Of a DNA stretch of 64,000 nt, positions 1 to 9,528 are shown piece by piece (position 1 is the stretch's first letter; every line of letters begins with the position of its first letter). Source of the stretch: Candidatus Doudnabacteria bacterium. GTDB taxonomy: Bacteria > Patescibacteriota > Doudnabacteria > UBA920. The stretch covers positions 793,078 through 857,077 of the forward strand of contig CAWINB010000004.1 in assembly GCA_963837465.1 (NCBI GenBank). The letters are read 5' to 3'. The position numbers and the translations under genes were made by a program. The notes under the pieces were generated by a model. That model was not told where the DNA came from. It saw only the letters and a list, made by a program, of their open reading frames with translations, and ran no database searches.

Positions 1-731
1 AAAGTTTAAAGTTGAAAGTAGAAAGTTTGAAACCATCCGTTATCCTTAATTGTGTTGCCTATAACGATGTCGACGGCGCTGAGACGCATCAGGGGAACGC
101 CTATAAAATAAATTCGGAGGCGGTTGGCAATCTCGCTGCCATTACCAGGCAGCTGGATATTCCGCTTGCGCATTTTTCCACCAACTACGTTTTCAACGGC
201 GCGAAAGGGGAATATTTGGAGTCGGATCCGCCTGATCCTATATCTGTTTACGCCCAAAGCAAATACCAGGGCGAATTGGCAATAGCCGCGAATTGCGAAA
301 AATTTTACATAATCCGCGCTGCCGTGCTGTTTGGCCCAAAAGGGGAAAGCCGACTTTCCAAAAAAAGTTTTGTGGACTTAATGCTTGATTTAAGCAAAAA
401 AAATGATACTATTAAAGCGGTGAGCGATGAAGTTTACAGCTTAACTTACGCTCCGGATTTGGCTTTGGCGGTAAAAGGCTTGCTGCAAAATCACCGGCCG
501 TTCGGCATTTACCACATAACCAATTCCGGCTCGTCCAGCTGGTATGATTTTGCCAAAGAGATTTTTGCCATACAACACGACGGCATTAAGGTTGTTCCCG
601 TGCCATCATCAGAATTTCCCAGAACGGCTAAACGTCCGGCACACGCGGTTTTGCTGAACTCCAAACTCCCAAAATTAAGACCCTGGCAGGAAGCCTTGAA
701 AGAATACTTGAGCCCAATCCCTCCAATCTAA
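1..731 (+). CDS. rfbD: dTDP-4-dehydrorhamnose reductase (RmlD), 5' end cut by window edge
   Basis: ORF 12..731 matches the RmlD family along its length (NAD-binding YxxxK region 'YAQSKYQGE'); the ORF opens in frame from the window start. Confidence 0.8.
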   Translation, partial: SLKLKVESLKPSVILNCVAYNDVDGAETHQGNAYKINSEAVGNLAAITRQLDIPLAHFSTNYVFNGAKGEYLESDPPDPISVYAQSKYQGELAIAANCEKFYIIRAAVLFGPKGESRLSKKSFVDLMLDLSKKNDTIKAVSDEVYSLTYAPDLALAVKGLLQNHRPFGIYHITNSGSSSWYDFAKEIFAIQHDGIKVVPVPSSEFPRTAKRPAHAVLLNSKLPKLRPWQEALKEYLSPIPPI

Positions 732-737
732 TCTCTG

Positions 738-758
738 CCGATAAATCGGCGCGCTACT
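738..758. promoter_or_regulatory. P4 motif GCCGATAAATCGGCGCGCTAC directly before the rmlA-like start codon
   Basis: Same 21-mer recurs at 24407 and, split by a 19-nt insert, at 51114; contains hairpin gccga-taaa-tcggc. Confidence 0.5.
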
Positions 759-1472
759 ATGAAAGGCATTATCCTCTCCGGCGGCAACGGCACCAGACTT
801 TATCCGCTTACTAAAATTACTTCAAAGCAACTTTTGCCGGTTTACAACAAGCCGATGATTTTTTATCCCCTGGAAACCCTGCTTAAAGGCGGCGTAAAAA
901 ATATTTTAATAATCGTCGCGCCGGATTATGCCGGGGACTATAAAAAATTACTGGGCGATGGCAGGGATTTTGGGGCGAGTTTCAGTTACAAAATCCAGGA
1001 ATCTCCCGCCGGCCTGGCCCAGGCTTTTATTTTGGGCGAAGATTTTATCTCAGGCGACAATGTCGCCATGATTTTAGGCGACAATATTTTTGAGGATGAT
1101 TTTTCCGCGGCCATTAAAAATTTTAAAAGCGGCGGCCAGATTTTTGCCAAAAAAGTCTCCGATCCGGAGCGTTTTGGCGTGGTCAAGTTTGACGCGGAAA
1201 TGCGCGCCGTTGGGATTGAGGAAAAGCCCAAAGTTTTTTTGTCGGACTTTGCCATAACTGGCCTGTATTTGTACGATACCCGCGCGGCCGAAGCGGCAAA
1301 AACCGCGCGGCCGTCGCTTCGCGGCGAGCTGGAAATTACCGATATCCATAACTGGTATTTAACCCGCGGCGAACTTAAAGTCGATATTGTCAAAGGCCAG
1401 TGGGAAGATGCCGGAACTTTTGAGTCCCTGTTTAAAGCTTCGGAATTAGCCAGAAGGAAAGCCAAAACTTGA
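759..1472 (+). CDS. rfbA: Glucose-1-phosphate thymidylyltransferase-family sugar nucleotidyltransferase (short RmlA-like)
   Basis: N-terminus GGNGTRLYPLTKITSKQLLPVYNKPMIFYPLETL is the canonical RmlA signature; 237 aa is shorter than typical RmlA. Confidence 0.75.
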   Translation: MKGIILSGGNGTRLYPLTKITSKQLLPVYNKPMIFYPLETLLKGGVKNILIIVAPDYAGDYKKLLGDGRDFGASFSYKIQESPAGLAQAFILGEDFISGDNVAMILGDNIFEDDFSAAIKNFKSGGQIFAKKVSDPERFGVVKFDAEMRAVGIEEKPKVFLSDFAITGLYLYDTRAAEAAKTARPSLRGELEITDIHNWYLTRGELKVDIVKGQWEDAGTFESLFKASELARRKAKT

Positions 1473-1473
1473 A

Positions 1474-1560
1474 TTTACGAAGTACGAACAGGTACGAACG
1501 TACGAATCGGGTTCCTTTCGTAAGTTCGTAAGCATTCGTACTTCGTAAAATCTTCGTAAA
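1474..1560. repeat. P1 palindromic intergenic element copy 1 (TTTACGAAGTACGAA...TTCGTACTTCGTAAA)
   Basis: Long imperfect hairpin; homologous copies at 31607, 32303 (degenerate) and 35022. Confidence 0.6.
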
Positions 1561-1565
1561 ATACC

Positions 1566-2522
1566 ATGACTCTAAAATCACAAAAAATAATCTGCTGCTT
1601 ACTTATTGCCCTGGTGGTGGTCGGGGGCTTTGAGGCGCTGATTTATATTTTAAATTTAAACCAGCCCGCTATCTATTTACAGACGGCTTTTTGGATTTTT
1701 GCCTATCTGGTTTTTGAAATAGTTTTTTTGCATGATCTGCACGTTAAAACTTCCGGCCATTTAAGCCGCGCGCGCTTAGAACACGCCCGGGTTAAGCAAA
1801 AACCGCTCCGCTTTATAAAAGTTTTGGGCTCGGCTTTTTACGGTCGTTTTCATCATTTGCGGAAATGGGGTTATATAAAACAATGGCTGGGCTTTTTGCT
1901 GCTGCCGAGTTTTATTTTTTGGTCCACTATTTCCCTGTTTTACGTTAACTTTGGCGATGTAAAAGTCCAGCAGCTTTTGGCCCTGTTTTCCAGCCTGGCT
2001 TTGATTCTGGACTATTGGTTTTTAAAGGAAGCGTTCCTCCGCGGCAGGGAAGTGGCGGACAATGATATTTTTGTGGTCCTGTCCATGATAAAAATTTACG
2101 CCGCGGCCATGCTCTACGCCGCGGCCTTATCCATTTTGCGCTACTATTGTTTAAACCCCTGGTATTTTACCGCCGAGGTTTTTTGTTTTACCTTCCTGCT
2201 TGTTTACCAGGCGCTTTACCACCATCGCCGCGCCGGCATAAAAAATATTTCCGTGGCCCTGGGCATTGCCGCCATAATGGCCGCGGCCGGGTTTATGGTC
2301 TACATTTGGTGGGGTTATAATTATTTCACGGCGGCCGTGTTTTTGGCCGCGCTTTATAATTTAATGTGGGGAGTTTTCCATTACCGCCTGGATAAGGCCC
2401 TGACCTGGCACGCTTTTTGGGAAATTTTACTGGTCAGCATTATTGTTTCCGGTATGGTTTTCAGCGTCACCAACTTTAAGGCCAGGATTTCGGACGAATG
2501 CCAGTATTATCTTGACTTTTGA
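1566..2522 (+). CDS. Polytopic integral membrane protein, function unknown
   Basis: 318-aa ORF with ~9 hydrophobic helices; no recognisable catalytic motif. Confidence 0.55.
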   Translation: MTLKSQKIICCLLIALVVVGGFEALIYILNLNQPAIYLQTAFWIFAYLVFEIVFLHDLHVKTSGHLSRARLEHARVKQKPLRFIKVLGSAFYGRFHHLRKWGYIKQWLGFLLLPSFIFWSTISLFYVNFGDVKVQQLLALFSSLALILDYWFLKEAFLRGREVADNDIFVVLSMIKIYAAAMLYAAALSILRYYCLNPWYFTAEVFCFTFLLVYQALYHHRRAGIKNISVALGIAAIMAAAGFMVYIWWGYNYFTAAVFLAALYNLMWGVFHYRLDKALTWHAFWEILLVSIIVSGMVFSVTNFKARISDECQYYLDF

Positions 2523-2550
2523 TTTTAGTACGGCCACGTTTTAGCCTAAA

Positions 2551-2585
2551 CAAGGGCGCCCCTTTGCTGCAAAGGGGCGCCCTTG
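2551..2585. terminator. GC-rich hairpin between convergent genes (bidirectional terminator)
   Basis: caagggcgcccctttgctgcaaaggggcgcccttg, perfect stem. Confidence 0.55.
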
Positions 2586-2611
2586 CGCGCGGCTGATGCC
2601 TAAAAACCTAT

Positions 2612-3688
2612 TTAAAACCAGTACAAAAACGCCACCACAATAATCGAAATTCCCAGCATCACCAGGTTGTTGGTTTTTTTATCCAGGGAGCCGAGTTTGT
2701 TTTCCAGAATTTTTTTGGCGTCAGAAAGCATTAGCGCCAAAAGCAGGGCGCCGCAAATTAAAATCAGGTAGCGGTTGGCTTGGTAATTGTCAAAAGCGCT
2801 TTCGTCCTCCGCGCCAACTACTGCCGAAGCCGAAGAAGTTTGGCTTGCCTGAGCCGGCGTTTGTTCGGCCGAGCCCGCGGCTTGGGTTGATAAAGCGAAA
2901 TTTTGCTCCTGGTTTGGGGCCGCCTGGCTTGATAATCCGCCGCGAATCGGAATGGGTAGGGCGGTGATAGTTTGGGATGCCTGGCCGATTGCCGGCTGCG
3001 GTATGCCTGAAGCTTGAACTTGGCTGGCTTGTAACGGTTGTGGCGAAGCAGCGTGAGCGGCTGCCGCGGCCGCGACATGGGACGGAAGTTTTTGGGCCGG
3101 TGGTTTAGACGCCGAGGCGACCAGAGCAGCCGGGACTTTAAGCTGAGCTATAGGCGCCAGCGTGCCAAAGGTATTGGTAATGGCGGAATAATATTGTCCC
3201 TGCGCCACATTGCCAAAGGTTAAGCCCATGCCCTGGTCCACAAAACCCGCGTTTAAAATATTGGCGCGATGTTCCGGGCTGTTCATCCAGGCATTTATTA
3301 AACTGTCGGTATCGTAAAACTCAATGGCCAGGTTTTCTCCCAATCGCAAATACGGAGTGTAGCCGTCGGCAACTATGGTATCCCAGATATAGTGCCCTCC
3401 CGGGTCCACATGCGAAAAATAATGGCGGGCTTGCATATCATCGCTCTTGGTCTGCGCGGCTTTAGTCAGTATAGCGTTGGTGTTTAAAGTGGTTAAATCT
3501 CTTAACTGTCTTTGGTTGTTAATGGCTTCCAGGATATTTAGGGTAGTTAAATCCGAAGCCTGAGTGGCATGATTTGGTAAAAATAAGGTGATTAAAACTT
3601 TAACAGCCAAAAAAACTACAACCAAAAGCCCAAAAAGTTTGGTTTTAAAAAAATGATAGTGGATCCTAAAACTGTAGTTTTCGTTCAT
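2612..3688 (-). CDS. Membrane-anchored CAP/SCP (YkwD-like) domain protein with Ala/Gln/Pro/Ser-rich linker
   Basis: HYFSHVDPGGH...NAWMNSPEHRANILN CAP-domain motifs; N-terminal TM helix; low-complexity AQASQ region. Confidence 0.7.
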   Translation of the reverse strand: MNENYSFRIHYHFFKTKLFGLLVVVFLAVKVLITLFLPNHATQASDLTTLNILEAINNQRQLRDLTTLNTNAILTKAAQTKSDDMQARHYFSHVDPGGHYIWDTIVADGYTPYLRLGENLAIEFYDTDSLINAWMNSPEHRANILNAGFVDQGMGLTFGNVAQGQYYSAITNTFGTLAPIAQLKVPAALVASASKPPAQKLPSHVAAAAAAHAASPQPLQASQVQASGIPQPAIGQASQTITALPIPIRGGLSSQAAPNQEQNFALSTQAAGSAEQTPAQASQTSSASAVVGAEDESAFDNYQANRYLILICGALLLALMLSDAKKILENKLGSLDKKTNNLVMLGISIIVVAFLYWF

Positions 3689-3731
3689 ATTTTGCCTATT
3701 AACAAGCCTATATTAACATCTTTTGTTTAAC

Positions 3732-3760
3732 TTGACAAATAGTGATTTATATGATACAAT
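3732..3760 (+). promoter_or_regulatory. Sigma70-like promoter TTGACA-17nt-TACAAT
   Basis: Near-consensus boxes ~45 nt upstream of the sortase start. Confidence 0.5.
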
Positions 3761-3805
3761 CTTAAGTTAATGTTTTTTTAAATTCACTGGTTTAGTATAA
3801 CCACA

Positions 3806-5134
3806 ATGGACCAATCTAAAACAATTAAATACCCTGTCGCGACTCCGGAAGTTGAAAAAATGCTGGGGTTAAACAAGTTAGCCAACCAAAAATCGGACGA
3901 TGACAGTAACGACAATGTCACTTCCGCCAAAACCGGCGCTATGCCGGCTAATTTGCCGGTGGCCAATGCCTCTCCTGCCGCCGCTCCATCGGTCGCCGAA
4001 CCTGCCGATCCCGTCACCGTCCAGCAACAGCAAAATTCCACTGCCACCGCGCGGTCAAAGGCTGTAAATATTATAAAAATAGTTTTGCCTTACGCGGCCA
4101 TTTTTATTGTCGGCATATTTTTGTATTACTTTTTTTTCAGCGCCGTTAATTTTAACGTCAGCGGTATAATCAAAAGCGCGGCCCCCGGCGTGACCGCGCC
4201 CCAACAAACCGCCATCCAACAACTGGAAAGCCAAAATTTGGCCGCTTACAATGCCTGGGTTTCGGGTTTTTATTATGATGTTACCGACCCTAAAGTCCTG
4301 GATCCCAATACCGATAATTCCGGCAACGGCCTGACCAATTTTGAAAAATATCTTTTGGATTTAAACCCCAAAAGTTACGATACTTTAGGCTTGGGAATGT
4401 CCGACAGCCAGGCAATTTCCGACGGCATAAATCCTTTAACCGGCCAGCCTTTGACTCAAGCTCAAACCGCTATTATCTCCAAATATATAGACATGGAGGC
4501 CGTGATGAACCGCCTGGCTTTATACAATATGCAAAACCCGGGGATGGTGGCCGGAGCCAGCATTAACTCTTCCGGCAACAGTACCGGCAACGGCAGCGGT
4601 TCGCAAAATAGCGGCGTGGTTGTGGCGCAAACCTCGGCGGTTTCTTTAGCCCCCTCCAGTTTGGCGCGAAATACTTCCAACGTTAACACCAGTATTCCCG
4701 GCCTGTTGGAAATTCCGGATTTAAAAATCAGCGTGCCCATTGTTTGGACCCAGGATCCCAGCGACTTTGACCAGGACCTGCAGGTCGGCGTAGTCCACTA
4801 TCCCGGCACCGCCATGCCCGGCCAAATCGGCACCACCTACATTGCCGGCCACAGCAGCAACTACGTTTGGGCCAAAGGAAGCTACAACCATATATTTACA
4901 CATTTAGATGATTTGCCCAATGACGCGTCTTTCCAAATTACCGTAACCAACACCAGCGGGCAAAAAGTTATTTACCATTATGTAGCCACAAGTCGCCAGC
5001 AATATTCGCCCACCGACCAGGCCCAATTCGCCAACACCGGCAAATCCATAGTCGCCCTCTCCACCTGCTGGCCGGTCGGCTCTACCGCCAAACGTTTGGT
5101 GATATTTGGCACATTAACTCAAGTGGAAAAATAG
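3806..5134 (+). CDS. Sortase-family transpeptidase, membrane anchored
   Basis: C-terminal domain HYPGTAMPGQIGTTYIAGHSSN...ALSTCWP...AKRLVIFG gives the His/Cys/Arg sortase triad (AGH, TC, R); TM helix near aa 85-115. Confidence 0.75.
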   Translation: MDQSKTIKYPVATPEVEKMLGLNKLANQKSDDDSNDNVTSAKTGAMPANLPVANASPAAAPSVAEPADPVTVQQQQNSTATARSKAVNIIKIVLPYAAIFIVGIFLYYFFFSAVNFNVSGIIKSAAPGVTAPQQTAIQQLESQNLAAYNAWVSGFYYDVTDPKVLDPNTDNSGNGLTNFEKYLLDLNPKSYDTLGLGMSDSQAISDGINPLTGQPLTQAQTAIISKYIDMEAVMNRLALYNMQNPGMVAGASINSSGNSTGNGSGSQNSGVVVAQTSAVSLAPSSLARNTSNVNTSIPGLLEIPDLKISVPIVWTQDPSDFDQDLQVGVVHYPGTAMPGQIGTTYIAGHSSNYVWAKGSYNHIFTHLDDLPNDASFQITVTNTSGQKVIYHYVATSRQQYSPTDQAQFANTGKSIVALSTCWPVGSTAKRLVIFGTLTQVEK

Positions 5135-5251
5135 TTCGCCGCAGCTTTTAATGTTTTTTTCAGACTCACCTATAACAATGCTACAATAAACTATAAAATA
5201 AGGACAATAAATACTTTTGCCTTTATTTATGAGAGTAAAATTGAGAGTTAC

Positions 5252-5280
5252 TTGACAAATCTCAATAAATAGGTTAATCT
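5252..5280 (+). promoter_or_regulatory. Candidate promoter TTGACA-17nt-TAATCT for the large surface protein gene
   Basis: -35 consensus; weaker -10. Confidence 0.4.
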
Positions 5281-5317
5281 GACAAGTTATTTAGGTTATT
5301 AAATCTCCACTACCATT

Positions 5318-8300
5318 ATGAATAAACTCACCTTCACCAAAAGCGGAAAATATTTATCATTTTTCAATTTCAGGATCGGTACTGTTATGGTGGCGATTTT
5401 GGCTATTTCCGTTGTTGGAATTATAGCGCCCCGCAAAGTTGATACTACAAAAGCTGAGGATTGCGCCGATGTTGAGCAAATTCCTACTGTGCCGACATTT
5501 GATCCATTTACCATTGTACCCCAGAATAGCGACGGCTCCTATACAAATACGGCGGGTTCCAATTGTGATGATTTCCCCGAACTGTCGGTTAAGGAATCCA
5601 CCACAGATAGCTATTTTCCTTCCATAAATGCCCAAAGCGGCGACCAGCTTGTTGTGAGCACTTACATCCACAACGGAGCCAGCCAGGATTTAGGCACCCA
5701 GGACGAGGCTTTTAATATCCAGGCTAATTATAATGTTGATACTACTTCCGGTACCAGCCACAACATAACTGTAACGTTAACAGGACAGAATATCAACGGG
5801 AGCCAGATGCAGCCAAAGTCGGAAACGATTACCATAAATACTCCGGCCGGCGCGCAGATTCAGGTAGTTCCGGGCACGGGAGTAATTGAAGATAATAATT
5901 CCAACCCGACCGGTTCGGCCGCGGTAAGCAATGGAAATTTTACGGTTAATTTGGGCAACCAAATGGCTTGTTTTGATTTCGCCCGTTTCTTTAACTTTAC
6001 GGTGCAGGTTGTGGGCGGACAGGCGGCCTCAACCCCTCCCACTGGTACCATTTCCGCTAATTTGGGCGGACAGGTTGGCGGACAGTGTCTTTTGAACGCT
6101 ACCGTTAACTGGTCCACGCAGAATGCCGGCCAGGTTTTGGTAACTGTCAGCAATCCCAATTTAAATTCCAATAATTATTACGACAACGACACAATTTTTT
6201 CCGAAAATCCCCAGGGACCGGCCAACGCTTCCTGGATAACGCCCAATACCAGCTATCGTTTTACTTTATGGGCTGTTGTGCCCAGCGGTACTTCCGGATC
6301 CGCCCAACAGACATTTTTTGTCAGCGGCGGCAGCACCCAAAGTTTTAATGTCATTGAACTTTATGAAACCTGGATTACCGGCGGATCTTTAAACTGCGGA
6401 ACCACTCCTCCTCCGCCCGCCAATACGCCGCAAAGTTTTAGTGTATCTATAACTCCCGGTACGGTTTGTGTCGGCTCGCAATCCAACGTTGTTATTTCCA
6501 ACGCCACCTCAGGCTTAAACGGCGATGAAATTTTCTGGACCTCCACTTTAAACGGCAATACTACCGGCGAAAATATGTCTGGATACGGCCAGTATGTAAC
6601 CAACGGCGGCTTTAACGCCTCAACAAATGCCTGGACCAGCAGTGAAATTGGCACTTGGGTTAAGACCGCGACTATTGGCGGCGTTTCCGTAAGCGCTCCC
6701 GCTTTTGTTGTCCAAAATTGTTCCCAACCCACCCCGCCCGTCCCCCAGAGCTTTAATTTGTCCATAACCTCCGCTTGCGTTAACCAACAGTCTACTGTGA
6801 ATATTTCCAACGCCACCTCAGGCTTAAATGGCGATGAAATTTTCTGGACATCTAGCTTAAACGGCAATCCTACAGGTGAAAATTTGTCCGGGTATAACCA
6901 ATATGTAACCAACGGCGGCTTTAACGGTCCTACCAGCACCTGGACCGCGGCGGAAGCCGGATCGTGGACTAAAATCGCGACCATTGGCAATACCACGGAA
7001 ACCGCTTACTTTAATGTTTATCCTTTAAGCGACACGGCTGATTGCGGCGGCGGGCAGGCGCAAACTTTTACTGCCACAGCCTCGGCCTCCGCCACAGCCT
7101 CGGCCAGTTGTTCCAACGGAACTTCCGCCTCCGCCACAGCTTCCGCCTCTGCTACAGCCACCAGTTCCATTAGCCAGCAGGACGCGCAAAACAAAGCCCA
7201 GGCTAATGCTCAGTCGCAAGCCCAGGCTAATGCTCAGGCTAATGCCAGCGCCTCTTGTCCGGCTTCATCTCCGGCGCAGTTAACTTGCAGCGCCAATCAG
7301 ACTTCTGTTCCCTTAGGCAGCCCCGCAACCTTTAATGCTTCCGGCGGCACCGCTCCTTACACCTGGACCGCGGCCGGCGGTGATTCCGCTACCGGCAATC
7401 CTTTTATTGTTAACTTTGCTTCCGCCGGCAGCAAAACTGTCAGCGTCAGCGATAGTAGAGGAGTAGCAACTACTTGCGGCGTGACTGTCACGTCCTCAAA
7501 CGTCTGTACCGTAAACAGCAACTATGCTTTAAACTCTTCAGCTCCGGTTAAAAACGGCTCTACTTATTCGGTCGCTCTGAATTGGTCTTCCACCGGCAGC
7601 AATCAAATCAAACTCACCGAAGTAAATGGCTCCGGGGAAACCACTTTAACCACCGGTTCCGGCAGCGGCAGCTTTACGGTTACCGGACTTGCCCCGGGCA
7701 CCAGCTATATCTTTAAAATTTATGATGCTTCGTGCGGCAACTTCTTAACATCCGCCCAAGTTACCATACCTGCCAACCCGGGCCAGCTAAGCTGCGGCGC
7801 CAACGTCTCTTCCGCCAATATTGGCGACACAGTTATTTTTACCGCCCAGGGCGGCAACGGAGTTTACACCTGGGCTACCAGCAACAACAGCGATGCCGGT
7901 AACGGCAGCCAGCTTAACGTTAACTTCCAGTCCGCCGGCAACAAGAGCGTAACTTTAAGCGACAGCGCCGGAGACGCGCCGGCTACTTGCGGCGTGGTGA
8001 TTGCCGCTCCTGCCCAAACCCAAAGCACTGGTAACTGCGACAACGATTCCAGTTCCTGTAACAACAATACTAACACCAATAACGATACCAGCTCCGGCAC
8101 CAACAGCTCCAACCAGAATAACAACAACAATGTCAACGGCAACAACAACACCATTACCAACAGCAACGAGAATTGCGTTAATAATTCCTGCGATACTACC
8201 AACACCACCAACAACGTTGTCTATATAAACAGCGCCGGCAGCGTTGTTCCGGCCAATCAGTTCAGCCAGCTCTCTGTAACCAAAATGGTTAGCGCAAACG

Positions 8301-9178
8301 GCACCGGGTTTCAAAACAGTGTCAGCGTCAACAACGGCCAGACTGTAGAGTTTCAGGTCACCGTAACCAATACCGGCGGCGGTACTGCCGATGATGTAAC
8401 TTTATCCGATAATATGCCGAGCGGCTTAAGTTTGATCTACAATAGCGTAACTTTAAGCGGCAGCAATAATTACGGCAGCAACAATCTTGCCAGCGGCTTA
8501 TACCTGGGTAATTTGTCCCAGGGGCAATCCGTTGTGGTTGATTACCAGGCCACAGTTAACAACTACGGGCAATCCAGCATCCAAAATACTGCCACCGCTT
8601 CTTCCAACAACGCGGGCAGTGTACAGGCCAGCGCCTGGGTGTTTGTAAACGGCAGCTCGGGCACGGTACAGGGAGGCAACGTCAATTTGACTTACAGCAA
8701 ATCCGCTTTTAACAACACCAAAAACGCGGATGCTACGACCATCGCGGCTTCTGCCAACGACTCTATCACTTACACTTTAACCGTTTCCAACAGCGGCAAC
8801 GTCCCGGCCAGCAGCTTTATTATTACCGATGACCTGTCGCAGGTACTGCCTTACGCCACCATTACCGATAACGGCGGCGGCAGTTTAAGCGGTAATACAA
8901 TTTCTTTTCCCGGTATAACCGTCCCTGCCGGAGGCAGCGTGACCCGCAGTTTCAAGGTCAGCGTAAAAAGTTCACTGGCCAGCAACCTTAGTTACGTAAT
9001 GAGCAATAGTTACGGCAATACGGTTACCATAAGAATCAACACCCCCCAAGTATTGGGCGCTTTTACCGCCCCGACCACCGGAGCCAACACCAACGCTTTT
9101 ACTTTTGCCGGTTTATTGACAGCCGGAGCCGCGGTGTTTAAAAAGAGAAAGGGTATAACTCAGCTGATTTTCGGTTAA
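5318..9178 (+). CDS. 1286-aa repetitive cell-surface protein with a sorting-signal-like C-terminus
   Basis: N-terminal TM/signal; two ~100-aa near-identical repeats (SGLNGDEIFWTS...YVTNGGFN); Cys-bracketed Ig-like repeats with a GG..YTW motif; poly-Ala/Ser/Thr and poly-Asn tracts; two DUF11-like repeats (VTVTNTGGG..A..V.L.D); tail ...FTAPTTGANTNAFTFAGLLTAGAAVFKKRKG. Confidence 0.8.
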   Translation: MNKLTFTKSGKYLSFFNFRIGTVMVAILAISVVGIIAPRKVDTTKAEDCADVEQIPTVPTFDPFTIVPQNSDGSYTNTAGSNCDDFPELSVKESTTDSYFPSINAQSGDQLVVSTYIHNGASQDLGTQDEAFNIQANYNVDTTSGTSHNITVTLTGQNINGSQMQPKSETITINTPAGAQIQVVPGTGVIEDNNSNPTGSAAVSNGNFTVNLGNQMACFDFARFFNFTVQVVGGQAASTPPTGTISANLGGQVGGQCLLNATVNWSTQNAGQVLVTVSNPNLNSNNYYDNDTIFSENPQGPANASWITPNTSYRFTLWAVVPSGTSGSAQQTFFVSGGSTQSFNVIELYETWITGGSLNCGTTPPPPANTPQSFSVSITPGTVCVGSQSNVVISNATSGLNGDEIFWTSTLNGNTTGENMSGYGQYVTNGGFNASTNAWTSSEIGTWVKTATIGGVSVSAPAFVVQNCSQPTPPVPQSFNLSITSACVNQQSTVNISNATSGLNGDEIFWTSSLNGNPTGENLSGYNQYVTNGGFNGPTSTWTAAEAGSWTKIATIGNTTETAYFNVYPLSDTADCGGGQAQTFTATASASATASASCSNGTSASATASASATATSSISQQDAQNKAQANAQSQAQANAQANASASCPASSPAQLTCSANQTSVPLGSPATFNASGGTAPYTWTAAGGDSATGNPFIVNFASAGSKTVSVSDSRGVATTCGVTVTSSNVCTVNSNYALNSSAPVKNGSTYSVALNWSSTGSNQIKLTEVNGSGETTLTTGSGSGSFTVTGLAPGTSYIFKIYDASCGNFLTSAQVTIPANPGQLSCGANVSSANIGDTVIFTAQGGNGVYTWATSNNSDAGNGSQLNVNFQSAGNKSVTLSDSAGDAPATCGVVIAAPAQTQSTGNCDNDSSSCNNNTNTNNDTSSGTNSSNQNNNNNVNGNNNTITNSNENCVNNSCDTTNTTNNVVYINSAGSVVPANQFSQLSVTKMVSANGTGFQNSVSVNNGQTVEFQVTVTNTGGGTADDVTLSDNMPSGLSLIYNSVTLSGSNNYGSNNLASGLYLGNLSQGQSVVVDYQATVNNYGQSSIQNTATASSNNAGSVQASAWVFVNGSSGTVQGGNVNLTYSKSAFNNTKNADATTIAASANDSITYTLTVSNSGNVPASSFIITDDLSQVLPYATITDNGGGSLSGNTISFPGITVPAGGSVTRSFKVSVKSSLASNLSYVMSNSYGNTVTIRINTPQVLGAFTAPTTGANTNAFTFAGLLTAGAAVFKKRKGITQLIFG

Positions 9179-9191
9179 ATACTCAAATCAA

Positions 9192-9221
9192 CAAAAGGGC
9201 GGCCAAAGGCCGCCCTTTTGT
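9192..9221 (+). terminator. Rho-independent terminator
   Basis: aaaagggcggcc-aaa-ggccgcccttttg followed by T-rich run. Confidence 0.7.
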
Positions 9222-9361
9222 GTATAACTTTTACTTGCAATACTTTTTTAAAGTGCTATGATATAAAAAATCGGTGGTTAGACAAGTTTTAATAAAACAA
9301 AAATAAACAGCCAGAGCGCTGTTTTATTTTTTATCTTTTTAGGACTAATACGCCCACAGCT

Positions 9362-9489
9362 GTCCCATCCCGGATTTTTTAGGGCTCTAAAAATATCCCG
9401 GATCCGGGACAAAGAGTATTCCGGGTTATGCCTTAATCTTGATCCCGGATATTTTCCAGATAAAGCCCTGAAAAATTCCGGGATGGGAC
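9362..9489. repeat. P2 composite hairpin element (CATCCCGGA...TCCGGGATG arms around an internal TCCCGGATCCGGGA palindrome)
   Basis: 25-nt arms gtcccatcccggattttttagggct / agccctgaaaaattccgggatgggac; related copies at 49212 and 54535. Confidence 0.5.
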
Positions 9490-9528
9490 ACTCCGCGGCA
9501 GCTATTTTCACAGTAACTTTCATCCGCT

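Noticed and set aside
12-14. Met at 12 as the true RmlD start
   Set aside because: RmlD proteins are ~280-300 aa and the frame is open to the window edge, so the gene most likely begins upstream of the window.
6361-8314. Minus-strand and alternate-frame ORFs inside the large surface-protein gene (6361..6996, 7864..8214, 7955..8314, 8001..8228)
   Set aside because: Low-complexity shadow ORFs generated by the repetitive GC-rich coding strand; no start or stop context.
9278-9523. Minus-strand ORF 9278..9523
   Set aside because: Lies entirely within the P2 composite repeat and terminator region. It is a repeat-driven ORF with no coding signal.
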